Source: a bacterium (GTDB taxonomy: Bacteria > J088 > JAWLBW01). From it: 64,000 nucleotides of DNA. How positions within the stretch are numbered: the stretch's first letter is position 1; the number at the start of each line of letters is the position of its first letter. The notes below the pieces were generated by a model. It was given only the letters and a program-made list of their open reading frames with translations. It made no database searches and had not been told where the DNA came from. The translations under genes were made by a program, and so were the position numbers. The stretch lies in NCBI GenBank assembly GCA_041690355.1, contig JAWLHK010000003.1, positions 109,428-173,427 of the forward strand. Reading direction: 5' to 3'. This document shows positions 48,282-56,922 of this stretch, piece after piece.

Positions 48282-49378
48282 CAGATATCGGCCCCCAGGT
48301 TGTCTTCGGGATCGACCTCGGCCGCTTCGGGGCCGCGCCAGTCCTGGTCCATTTCGTCGCGGGCGATCTTATTGACCTCATCCTGAAGCTCACGTAGAAT
48401 CGCCGTCTCGACGTCGTGCAGCAACGGGCTCAGCGGGTCGCGCGGCCGCAGGGCGTGGATGCGGAACTCGCGCTTGATGCGTCCGGGGCGCGCGCCGAAG
48501 ACGATCACGCGGTCGGCGAGGCGCGAGGCCTCCTGCACCGAGTGCGTCACGAGGATGATCGTCTTCTTGGTCGCCAGCCAGATTTTCTGGAGTTCGTCGT
48601 GCAGCAGGTCGCGGGTCTGGGCGTCGAGCGCGCCGAAGGGCTCGTCGAGCAGCAGGATCTCGGGCTCCATGGCGAGCGCGCGGGCCAGCGCAGCCCGCTG
48701 GCGCATGCCCCCCGAGAGTTCGTGCACGTAGCTCTCGGCAAAACTCGACAGGTGCACCATGCGCAGGTAGTGCAAGGCGCGCTCTCTGCGCTGCGGGCGG
48801 GAAACGCCGTGCAGCTTGAGGCCGAATTCCACGTTCCCCCTGACCGTGAGCCAGGGAAAAAGGGCCGCCTCCTGAAACATGACGAAGCGCTGCGTGCTCG
48901 CGCCGCGAATCGGTCTACCGTGGTGCAGGGCCTCGCCCGCGTCGGCAGTCTCCAGGCCCGCCAGAACGTTCAGCAGCGTCGTTTTTCCGCATCCGGACGG
49001 CCCGACGAAGGCGACGAACTCACCGGCGTGAATGTTCAGGGAGACGTTCTCGAGCGCGAAGGTAACCTGCCGGGGCCCGCGCGTGAAGGTCTTCGAAACG
49101 CCGCGGATGGCGAGCAGCAGCTCGGGCGCTTCGGGGCGCACGTTCTTGGAGATGCGGACGCGGGTGGGCTCTTCGGTGCGTTTGACTTCAAGTCCGGCCA
49201 GGCGGCAGAAGCGTTCGAGCTCCTCGTCGCGGAACGTGGCTTCTCTGCCGGCGACCAGCTCAAGCGTTTCGCCGTCGGCAATGCCGTCGAGCGCCGCCCG
49301 CACCTGCGGCAGCACCGACTGATCGGCGTCCAGCGCGAGCACGTGCTGAAGCGAGAGGGGGCGCTCGGCGGCGTTCAA
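48281..49378 (-). CDS. ABC-transporter ATPase (NitT/TauT-like) with N-terminal TusA/SirA-like domain lacking the Cys
   Basis: Probable TTG start at 49378, with GGGAGG 6 nt upstream, just after the JAMM stop. N-terminal ~95 aa: '[52 protein letters not shown]'. Then Walker A 'GPSGCGKTT', signature 'LSGGMRQR' and Walker B 'LLLDEP'. Confidence 0.7.
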   Translation of the reverse strand: MNAAERPLSLQHVLALDADQSVLPQVRAALDGIADGETLELVAGREATFRDEELERFCRLAGLEVKRTEEPTRVRISKNVRPEAPELLLAIRGVSKTFTRGPRQVTFALENVSLNIHAGEFVAFVGPSGCGKTTLLNVLAGLETADAGEALHHGRPIRGASTQRFVMFQEAALFPWLTVRGNVEFGLKLHGVSRPQRRERALHYLRMVHLSSFAESYVHELSGGMRQRAALARALAMEPEILLLDEPFGALDAQTRDLLHDELQKIWLATKKTIILVTHSVQEASRLADRVIVFGARPGRIKREFRIHALRPRDPLSPLLHDVETAILRELQDEVNKIARDEMDQDWRGPEAAEVDPEDNLGADI

Positions 49379-49391
49379 CAGGCGCCTCCCG

Positions 49392-50153
49392 CTACTCGAC
49401 AATCCCCAGCTCGATCGGCTCGACCCGCACCCCCTGCGATTCGAGCCAGGCGAGCGCCCGGTCGATCTCTTCGCGGGTCGACTCGAGGCCGAGGCCGACG
49501 AGGGCGATGTCACCCGAAACGGTGGCCGAGCGGATGTTGGTCACGACGTCGAACTTGCGGGCCATCTCCCAGACCAGAGGACGCTTGATCCCTTCCCGGT
49601 CGAAGGTCAGATAGACCTTGCGGCGGATCCGATCGCCGGCGGCGCGGCGGCGCCCCTGGGTGGCCTCTTCGATTTCGAGCTGCATCCGGTCGTAATCGGC
49701 GCGCTTGGCCTCGGGGGGCTCGATGCGCGCGACCTGCGTCTCGATGCGCATGAAGCTCGATTCGTCTTCGGTCAGCACGTAGGTCTGCTGCGTGACGGCG
49801 ACCCCGTCGAGCACCTGCACGATCATCCACAGAAAGCCCGGCCAGCCCTTGGCGAAGCCGAGATCGGTGTAGGAGGGCACGTCGGGGTGGTTGGGGTGCG
49901 AGTGGTAGAACCCGAGGATCTGACGCCCGGTACCGCGCAGGCTCTTCTCGACCTGGTTGTACTGCTTCGGATCGATCTCGAAATAGTCGGTGCGCGTGCC
50001 GGCCTGCGTGTTCTCGGCGAGCACCACTTCGTCGACGACCGGATCGAGCCCCTTCCACGAGCCCAGCAGGAGGCCGCAGCCCTCGGCGGGAAAGGTCGAA
50101 GCGACGTGGCGGAAAACGGTGGCCAGGGCCTGGCCGGGAATGTGCAGCATCAT
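49392..50153 (-). CDS. JAMM/MPN+ metalloprotease (Mec-like) fused to a C-terminal NIL domain
   Basis: 253 aa. 'EGCGLLLG' and 'GFYHSHPNHPDVPSYTD' (JAMM motif). The C-terminal 'KVYLTFDREGIKRPLVWEMARKFDVVTNIRSATVSGDIALVGLGLESTREEIDRALAWLESQGVRVEPIE' matches the MetN-type NIL domain. The ATG overlaps the cysM stop. Confidence 0.8.
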   Translation of the reverse strand: MMLHIPGQALATVFRHVASTFPAEGCGLLLGSWKGLDPVVDEVVLAENTQAGTRTDYFEIDPKQYNQVEKSLRGTGRQILGFYHSHPNHPDVPSYTDLGFAKGWPGFLWMIVQVLDGVAVTQQTYVLTEDESSFMRIETQVARIEPPEAKRADYDRMQLEIEEATQGRRRAAGDRIRRKVYLTFDREGIKRPLVWEMARKFDVVTNIRSATVSGDIALVGLGLESTREEIDRALAWLESQGVRVEPIELGIVE

Positions 50154-51139
50154 CGGACGGTTTTTCCTTCTTCGAATTCCCAGGTACGGGTCGACATGTA
50201 CTTGTCACCTCGGTCGGGCATGACGGCGACGACGACCCCTTCGTCGAGGCCGCGGGCCAGCTCGAGCGCCGCCACAGCGGCCGCGCCCGAACTCTGGCCA
50301 ACGAAGATCCCCTCTTCGCGGGCCAGCCGGCGGGTCATCTCGTAGGCGGCCTCGGTCTCGACCGGAATCTTGCCGTCGAGCCGATCCTCATGATAAATGC
50401 CCGGCACGATGGAGCTCTCCATATGCTTGAGCCCTTCAAGACCGTGAAAAGGGTTGTCGGGCTCGCAAGCGAAAACCCTGACTTCCGGATTGAGCCGGCG
50501 CAGCCCCTCTCCCGTACCCATGACGGTGCCCCCCGTTCCGATCGAGGCGACGAAGTGCGTGATGCGGCCGCCCGTCTGCTCGAAGATTTCGCGCGCCGTG
50601 GCCAGGTGCGCCTTGGGGTTCGAGGGGTTGTTGTACTGATCGGGCTTGAAGTACTTCTCCGGCTCGTTGTGCAGAATCTCGCGGCTCTTCAGGATGGCGC
50701 CGTCCGATCCCTCCATGGGATCGGTGAAGATGATGCGCGCGCCGTAGTTGCTCAGAATCTTCTTGCGCTCGACGCTGACGTTGCCGGGCATGCAGAGTTC
50801 GACCGGAAATCCGAGCACGGCCCCGATGAGGGCATAGGCGATGCCCGTGTTGCCGCTGGTCGAGTCGAGCAGCACCTTACCGTCGGTGAACCGGCCGTCT
50901 GCGATGGCATCGCGCACCATCTGCAGCGCGGGACGATCCTTTACCGAGCCGCCGGGGTTCATGCCCTCGAGCTTCAGCCAGACCTCGACACGCTCGGGAA
51001 GATCGGGGGCGATATGGCGCAGACGCACGAGCGGCGTGTTGCCGACCATGCGCAGGACGGTGCCGGCGATGGCGGCGTCGACGTCGGCAAAACGGCGGCG
51101 GAATTCCATCATCGGCATGGCTCGAGCGAGCGCGTCCAT
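50150..51139 (-). CDS. cysM: CysM-type cysteine synthase (O-phosphoserine/thiocarboxylate-dependent type by similarity)
   Basis: Start set to ATG 51139, downstream of the cysO stop. 'GNTPLVRL', 'KLEGMNPGGSVKDRPA', 'DSTSGNTGIAYA', 'ACEPDNPFHGLEGLKHMESSIVPGIY', as in actinobacterial CysM. Confidence 0.8.
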   Translation of the reverse strand: MDALARAMPMMEFRRRFADVDAAIAGTVLRMVGNTPLVRLRHIAPDLPERVEVWLKLEGMNPGGSVKDRPALQMVRDAIADGRFTDGKVLLDSTSGNTGIAYALIGAVLGFPVELCMPGNVSVERKKILSNYGARIIFTDPMEGSDGAILKSREILHNEPEKYFKPDQYNNPSNPKAHLATAREIFEQTGGRITHFVASIGTGGTVMGTGEGLRRLNPEVRVFACEPDNPFHGLEGLKHMESSIVPGIYHEDRLDGKIPVETEAAYEMTRRLAREEGIFVGQSSGAAAVAALELARGLDEGVVVAVMPDRGDKYMSTRTWEFEEGKTVR

Positions 51140-51164
51140 GACTCTCCCCGGAAACCCGATTTCC

Positions 51165-51443
51165 TCAGCGACCGCCGGCAATGGCGGGAATGATGCTGAG
51201 CTCGTCGCCATCCTTGACGGCGGTCGACGTGTTCTGCAGGAAGCGGATGTCTTCGTCGTTCACGTAGATGTTCACGAACTTGCGCAGCGCGCCCTCGCCA
51301 TCCTGCAGGCGGTCACCGATGCCGGGATGCGCGGCTTCGAGGTTCTTCAGGACTTCGGCGACGGTGGCGCCTTCGACCTGGACCTCTTCCTGGTTCGAGG
51401 TCAGCTTGCGAAGGGGGGTCGGGATGCGAACGGTAACGGCCAT
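51165..51443 (-). CDS. cysO: CysO-like ThiS/MoaD-family sulfur-carrier protein ending ..AGG-R
   Basis: ATG 51443 with GGAG upstream. 92 aa: 'MAVTVRIPTPLR..FVNIYVNDEDIRF..DGDELSIIPAIAGGR'. One residue follows the diglycine. Confidence 0.85.
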   Translation of the reverse strand: MAVTVRIPTPLRKLTSNQEEVQVEGATVAEVLKNLEAAHPGIGDRLQDGEGALRKFVNIYVNDEDIRFLQNTSTAVKDGDELSIIPAIAGGR

Positions 51444-51495
51444 GGCTATCACTCCAGGACTGGTAGTAGTTAACGAAAAACGGATCGGCTTCGCC

Positions 51496-52743
51496 TCAGG
51501 TGCGGGCGGGCTCTTTGCCGATTTCGGCGTACAGCGCTTCGAATTCGGTCAGCTTCGGATTGATGACGCGGGGCTGTTTCAGGCGCCCGGTGACCGCCTC
51601 GAGGGTCTTGTAGCCGTTACCGGTCACGCTGACGACGATCGACTCGTCCTTGGGGATGCGCCCCTGCTGAATGAGCTTGATGGCGACGGCGAGCGTCGTG
51701 CCCCCGGCCGGTTCGGTGAAAATCCCCTCGGTGCGCGCGAGCAGCTGAATGGCGTCGACGATTTCGTCGTCGGTCGCCTTCTCGCCCCAGCCGCCCGTCT
51801 GCCGCACGTCCTGCATGACGTAGTAGCCGTCGGCCGGATTGCCGATGGCGATGCTCTTGGCGATCGTCTGCGGCTTGACCGGCCGGATGAGGTCGCTCCC
51901 CTCATGGATGGCGTTCACGACCGGAGCGCTGCCGGCCGCCTGGGCCGAATAGATCTTGAAGGGCTGCTCGGGGATCAGGCCGACCTGCATCATCTCGCGG
52001 AAACCCTTGGCGATCTTGGGGAGAATCGTGCCCCCGGCGGTCGGCACCACGATATGCTGCGGCACGCGCCAGCCGAGCTGCTCGGCGATCTCGAACCCGT
52101 AGGTCTTGGCCCCCTCGGTGTAAAAGGGGCGCAGATTGATGTTCACGAAGGCCCACTTGTACCGCTCGGCGATTTCGGTGCAGAGGCGGTTGACTTCGTC
52201 GTAGTTACCCTCGATGGCGACGGCGTGCGGATCGTAGATGGTCGAACCGATGACCTTGCCCTGCTCGAGGTTCGAGGGAATGAAGATGAAGCAGCGCATG
52301 CCGCTGCGGGCCGCGTGGGCGCTCACCGAGTTGGCCAGGTTGCCCGTGCTCGCGCAGGAGACGGTGTCGAAGCCGAACTCCTTGGCCTTCGAGACGGCGA
52401 CCGAGACGACGCGGTCCTTGTACGAGAAGGTCGGGTGGTTGACCGAGTCGTCCTTGATGTAGAGCTCCCTGACCCCCAGCTCGGCGGCCAGCCGGTTGGC
52501 CCGCACGAGGGGCGTCATGCCCGAGTAGTGCCCGGTGACCGGCTCGCCGTCGACGGGGAGCAGCTCGCGGTAGCGCCACAGGCTCTGCGATCGCGATTCG
52601 ACCACGCTGCGGCTGATCGCCTTCGTAATGCCGTCGTAATCGTATTGAACTTCGAGGGGACCGAAGCAGAACTCACAGACGTGCAACGGGGCCTTCGGAT
52701 ACTCCTGGCCACACTCCTTGCACTTCAAACCGGTCACGAACAT
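51496..52743 (-). CDS. Threonine synthase-family PLP enzyme (paralogue in sulfur-carrier context)
   Basis: ATG 52743 with AAGAGG upstream. N-terminal Zn-ribbon 'CKECGQEY..CEFCFGPLE' and 'FSYKDRVVSVAVSKAKEFG' with the PLP Lys. Confidence 0.8.
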   Translation of the reverse strand: MFVTGLKCKECGQEYPKAPLHVCEFCFGPLEVQYDYDGITKAISRSVVESRSQSLWRYRELLPVDGEPVTGHYSGMTPLVRANRLAAELGVRELYIKDDSVNHPTFSYKDRVVSVAVSKAKEFGFDTVSCASTGNLANSVSAHAARSGMRCFIFIPSNLEQGKVIGSTIYDPHAVAIEGNYDEVNRLCTEIAERYKWAFVNINLRPFYTEGAKTYGFEIAEQLGWRVPQHIVVPTAGGTILPKIAKGFREMMQVGLIPEQPFKIYSAQAAGSAPVVNAIHEGSDLIRPVKPQTIAKSIAIGNPADGYYVMQDVRQTGGWGEKATDDEIVDAIQLLARTEGIFTEPAGGTTLAVAIKLIQQGRIPKDESIVVSVTGNGYKTLEAVTGRLKQPRVINPKLTEFEALYAEIGKEPART

Positions 52744-52820
52744 GAAAAACCTCTTGCTGTCGCAATATCCTGCCGGTCGCGCCGGCACGGGCGGGATTCC
52801 CGCCGCTCTTCCTACTTCAA

Positions 52821-53750
52821 TTACTTGTCGATCGACAGATAGCGCTCGCCCGTGTCGCAGAGCACGGTGACCACGTTGCGTCCGGCCCCCAGCGAGGCGG
52901 CCACCTTCAGGGCGGCGTATACGTTGGCGCCCGACGAAACGCCGACAAACAGCCCTTCTTCGAGCGCGAGCCGCTTCTTCATGGCGGTCGCTTCGTCGTC
53001 GTCGACCTTCATGATATCGTCAATCAGCGCGCGATTCAGGTTGCCCGGCACGAAGCCGGCGCCGATCCCCTGGATGCCGTGCGGGCCGGCGCGCCCTTCG
53101 GAGAGCACCGGGCTGCGCAGCGGTTCGACGGCGATCAGCTTCGTCGCGTGGCCGGCCTCGCGCAGCGCTTCACCGACGCCCGAAATCGTGCCCCCCGTGC
53201 CGACGCCGGCGACGAACGCGTCGATGCTGCGCCCTTCCATCTGCGCGATGATCTCGGGACCCGTCGAACGCTTGTGGGCGGCGGGGTTGGCCGGATTCTC
53301 GAACTGCATCGGCATGAAGTAGCCGCTCTTCTGCTGCAGCTCGCGCGCCAGGCGGATAGCCCCCTCCATGCCCTCCTCGCGCGGGGTGAGCATCAGCTCT
53401 GCCCCGTAGGCTCGCAGCAGGCTGCGGCGCTCGACGCTCATGCTCTCGGGCATCGTGAGAATGAGCCGGTACTTCTTGACGGCGCAGACGAGCGCGAGCC
53501 CGATGCCGGTATTGCCGCTCGTGGGCTCGACGACGGCGTCGCCCGGCTTGAGCAGGCCGCGCTTCTCGGCGTCTTCGATCATGGCCAGGCAGATGCGATC
53601 TTTGACCGAACCGGCCGGATTGGCGCTTTCGAGTTTGACATAGACGTCGGCCGAAGCCTTGCCGACCAGATAGTTCAGCTTGACCAGGGGCGTCTGCCCG
53701 ATGGCCTGCGTGATCTCTTCGAAGCGAGCGGGGCGGCGTGTTTCGAGCAT
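52821..53750 (-). CDS. cysK: Cysteine synthase A (O-acetylserine sulfhydrylase)
   Basis: ATG 53750. '[10 protein letters not shown]', '[15 protein letters not shown]', '[12 protein letters not shown]', '[10 protein letters not shown]'. Confidence 0.9.
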   Translation of the reverse strand: MLETRRPARFEEITQAIGQTPLVKLNYLVGKASADVYVKLESANPAGSVKDRICLAMIEDAEKRGLLKPGDAVVEPTSGNTGIGLALVCAVKKYRLILTMPESMSVERRSLLRAYGAELMLTPREEGMEGAIRLARELQQKSGYFMPMQFENPANPAAHKRSTGPEIIAQMEGRSIDAFVAGVGTGGTISGVGEALREAGHATKLIAVEPLRSPVLSEGRAGPHGIQGIGAGFVPGNLNRALIDDIMKVDDDEATAMKKRLALEEGLFVGVSSGANVYAALKVAASLGAGRNVVTVLCDTGERYLSIDK

Positions 53751-53752
53751 GT

Positions 53753-54199
53753 TCAAATCTGGTAGATGAAGGAACGGTTGCGATCCCGATCGAGCATCTG
53801 CTTGAGAGGCGCGTCGAGCAGGTCGGCCAGGCTGATTGAGCCGACGGTCGACTCGACCCGGTCGTAGACGTTGTTCAGATAGCGGGTCGGGGCGTCGACA
53901 TCGGCCGGGCGCGTGTGTTGATCGTCCTGGCCGAAGTGCTTCTCGTCAAGAATGCGCAGAACGTCGAGCAGGGTGATCTCTTCGGGCGGGCGCGCGAGCC
54001 GGTATCCGCCTTCGATGCCGCGCTGCGACAGAAGGATCCCGCCGCGTTTCAACTTGAGCAGAATCTGCTCGAGAAAGCGGTGGGGAACGCGGATCTGGCC
54101 GCCGAGCTCCGAAACCGAGGCCCGCGCACCCTCTTTCACGAAGGCAAGATAATAGAGCGCCTTGAGTCCGTACTCGGTTTTTTTGCCGAAGGTCATCAT
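53753..54199 (-). CDS. Rrf2-family transcriptional regulator without cysteines (CymR-like)
   Basis: Start at ATG 54199/54196 ([19 protein letters not shown]). wHTH '[42 protein letters not shown]'. There are no Cys residues at all. Confidence 0.8.
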   Translation of the reverse strand: MMTFGKKTEYGLKALYYLAFVKEGARASVSELGGQIRVPHRFLEQILLKLKRGGILLSQRGIEGGYRLARPPEEITLLDVLRILDEKHFGQDDQHTRPADVDAPTRYLNNVYDRVESTVGSISLADLLDAPLKQMLDRDRNRSFIYQI

Positions 54200-54292
54200 T
54201 GCCTTCAGCGTAGCATAGGCTACCAATTCACTCAACATGAAACCCGATTGTTCCGGTCATCTGGGCGGAAACACTCGGTTTTCACCCGGCGT

Positions 54293-56755
54293 TCAGGGCG
54301 GGCGGTCTGCCGCGGAACGTTCGGGCGGGGGCGTGTCCGGCTCGAAGAATCCCGCCGTCTCGGCGAGCTCCCGCAGCGCGAGCCACGGGGTGTCCTCCGC
54401 CCATCCGCGGATGCGCCAGCGGCCCCGCCGCGCCCGCGCGGTCAGGGTACCCCGCTCGTCGGTGCGGTGAATGCGGACCCCATGTACCGCAAGCCGCGCG
54501 AGCGTCTCGGGATGGGGATGGCGGAAGCGGTTCTGAAACCCGACTGAAATGAGCGCATCGCGGGGACGGACGGCCCGCAGCAGCTCAAGGGTCGAACTCG
54601 TACGCGAGCCGTGGTGTCCGGCTTTCAGGAGCGCGCAGGGGAGCGCCCCCCTTCGGATCAGCGCACGTTCGGCCTCGGCCTCGGCATCGCCGCTCAACAG
54701 CGCGCACGCCCCGGCGCCATCGACGAGCCGCAGAACGAGCGACCGGTTGTTCGGTTCGCGGTCATGGAGAAATGCGGGGTCGGGGTGCTCCACCGCGATG
54801 TGCACCCCCTGCCAGACCAGTTGCCGGCCGGCGACCCACTCCGCAACGGGAACCGCATGGGTTCGGGCCGCCGCGAAGACCGCTTCGTGGCCGCCGGCGT
54901 AGCCGTCCCGTCCGGCGACGACGAGTTCACCCACCGGTATGGCATGCAGGAGCTGCGCAGCACCGCCCACGTGGTCGAGATGCGGGTGCGTGAGAACGAG
55001 CCGGTCCAGCGTGAAGATCCGCTTGGCGCGGAAGTAGGGCTGCAACGTGCGCGTAAAGATTTCACCCGCTTTCCATCCGCCCCCCGTGTCGATGAGCATG
55101 TGGCGACCGCGGCTCGAAACGAGCACCGCATCCCCCTGCCCCACCGAGAGAACGTCGATGCGCAGATCGTCCTGCCAGGCGCGACGGCGCAGCCACTCGT
55201 GGCCCCCCGCGAGCAGCAGGGCCAGGCCGCAGGCGCCCCAGGCGAGCCGCTTCCGGCGGCGCGATCCCGTTTTCCGGGCCACGGTGGCGGCGACCAGAAG
55301 CGCGAGCAGCAGAAAGAATTCCACCGTATCGATCTGCAGGCGCAGGGCCGCGCCGGGGACCGCCGCGAACCACGCGGCAAGCCGCAGGGCGACTCCGGCG
55401 GCGGCTTCATAGAGGAACCAGGGGAGCGGTAACGCGGGCCACGCGGCGGTGACCAGGGCGTACAGGAACGTCAGCGGCGTAAGCAGGACCGAGACGTACG
55501 GAATGAGGGGCAGATTCGCCGGGACGCCGACGAGAGAAGCCTGCGCAAAGTGAAAGGTGGTGAGCGGCAGCGTCCACAGCGTCGACACCAGCGACCCGGC
55601 CAGGGCGGCGGTCAGATACCGCTTCGCATGCGCGAAACGCTTCGCCTCCAATTCCGCCGGCAGCGCGGCCGACCACGCGATGGCCGCGAACACGGCCGCG
55701 AAACTGAGCTGGAACGACGGCGAGAATACCAGCCACGGGTCGGCCGCCAGCATCAGCAGGCCGGCCCAGCCCAGGCTCGCCATGCCGCCCACGGTCGGGC
55801 CGAACATGCGCAGCACCAGCGTGACCGAGACCATCGCCAGGGCCCGCAACACCGGCGGCTGCGCGCCCGTAAGCAGTGCATAGAGCACGAGAAGCGGAAT
55901 CGCCAGCACGCCGCTCAGGCGCGCGACGGGAATGCGCTGCAGGAGCCAGGGCGAGCGCGAAAGGACGAACCGCCACCCGCCGCGCAGGAGCAGAAACAGG
56001 ATCCCGAGGTGCAGTCCGCTGATGGCCACCAGGTGCACGACGCCGGCGTCGCGCCACTGCGCGCGCACCGCGTCGGGGAGCCGATACTGCGCGCCGACGG
56101 CCAGGGCGGCGAAGAGTCCGCCGTGCGCGGGAGACAGACGCCCGGCCGCGGCGAAGATGCGCCCGCGGACCCGCGCGAGCCCCTCTGCGAGCGCTCCCGG
56201 AGGCCGCACGATCACCCAGTCCCCTTCCCGCACCCGCCCCTGCAGAAACACCCCTTCGGCATTGCGGCGCGCCACCCGATCGTACTCCCCGGCAATCCCC
56301 AGCGTGCGAAAGGGGTGCAGCCGTGCGCGGATGCGTACCGTGGCGCCGTAGGGCGGCGCGCCCTCCGCGTCCCCCTCGAAGCGCAGATCGACGCCCGTGT
56401 CGATGCGGCGCCAGTCCTGCCCCTGGCGCCAGGCCAGCAGGCCTCCTTCGGCCACGATGCCGAACGGGTATTCCCGCGGAAAGGTCGCGATGAGCACGAG
56501 CAGCTCGCGCTCTTCGCTCCCGAGCTGTTCCACCGTCGACGGCGCAGGCGCCCGCGGGGCCGCCAGAAAGCCGGCCGCGAGCCCCGAGACGAAAAAGGCG
56601 GCCGCGAGAAGCCAGCGTTGACGTCGCGGGCGCGGACGCAGCGCAAGGGCGATGAACAGCGCGATTCCCCCGGCGGCAGCCGAAACGGATTCGTCTATGG
56701 CGGAAAAGAGAATCCCGAGCGCGAAGGCGCCGAACGCACGGAGCGAGGCGGGCAT
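54293..56755 (-). CDS. comEC: DNA internalisation-related competence protein ComEC/Rec2
   Basis: 820 aa. Polytopic competence domain plus a C-terminal MBL fold: 'DVLSVGQGDAVLV..MLIDTGGG', 'LTHPHLDHVGG', 'KAGHHGS'. Confidence 0.9.
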   Translation of the reverse strand: MPASLRAFGAFALGILFSAIDESVSAAAGGIALFIALALRPRPRRQRWLLAAAFFVSGLAAGFLAAPRAPAPSTVEQLGSEERELLVLIATFPREYPFGIVAEGGLLAWRQGQDWRRIDTGVDLRFEGDAEGAPPYGATVRIRARLHPFRTLGIAGEYDRVARRNAEGVFLQGRVREGDWVIVRPPGALAEGLARVRGRIFAAAGRLSPAHGGLFAALAVGAQYRLPDAVRAQWRDAGVVHLVAISGLHLGILFLLLRGGWRFVLSRSPWLLQRIPVARLSGVLAIPLLVLYALLTGAQPPVLRALAMVSVTLVLRMFGPTVGGMASLGWAGLLMLAADPWLVFSPSFQLSFAAVFAAIAWSAALPAELEAKRFAHAKRYLTAALAGSLVSTLWTLPLTTFHFAQASLVGVPANLPLIPYVSVLLTPLTFLYALVTAAWPALPLPWFLYEAAAGVALRLAAWFAAVPGAALRLQIDTVEFFLLLALLVAATVARKTGSRRRKRLAWGACGLALLLAGGHEWLRRRAWQDDLRIDVLSVGQGDAVLVSSRGRHMLIDTGGGWKAGEIFTRTLQPYFRAKRIFTLDRLVLTHPHLDHVGGAAQLLHAIPVGELVVAGRDGYAGGHEAVFAAARTHAVPVAEWVAGRQLVWQGVHIAVEHPDPAFLHDREPNNRSLVLRLVDGAGACALLSGDAEAEAERALIRRGALPCALLKAGHHGSRTSSTLELLRAVRPRDALISVGFQNRFRHPHPETLARLAVHGVRIHRTDERGTLTARARRGRWRIRGWAEDTPWLALRELAETAGFFEPDTPPPERSAADRPP

Positions 56756-56922
56756 GCGGCGAACCTAGCACGGCATGGCGGAAAAGGACAAGAAAAAAGC
56801 GACATTCGCGTCCGTCCACGGCTCCCCTCCGCCGCGGGGCAGAGTACAATGAGGCGATCCGTAAGGCGGTGCGCACGGTAAGGCGCTGCCGCCTTCTTCA
56901 CGTACCAGCGGCGGAAATGACC

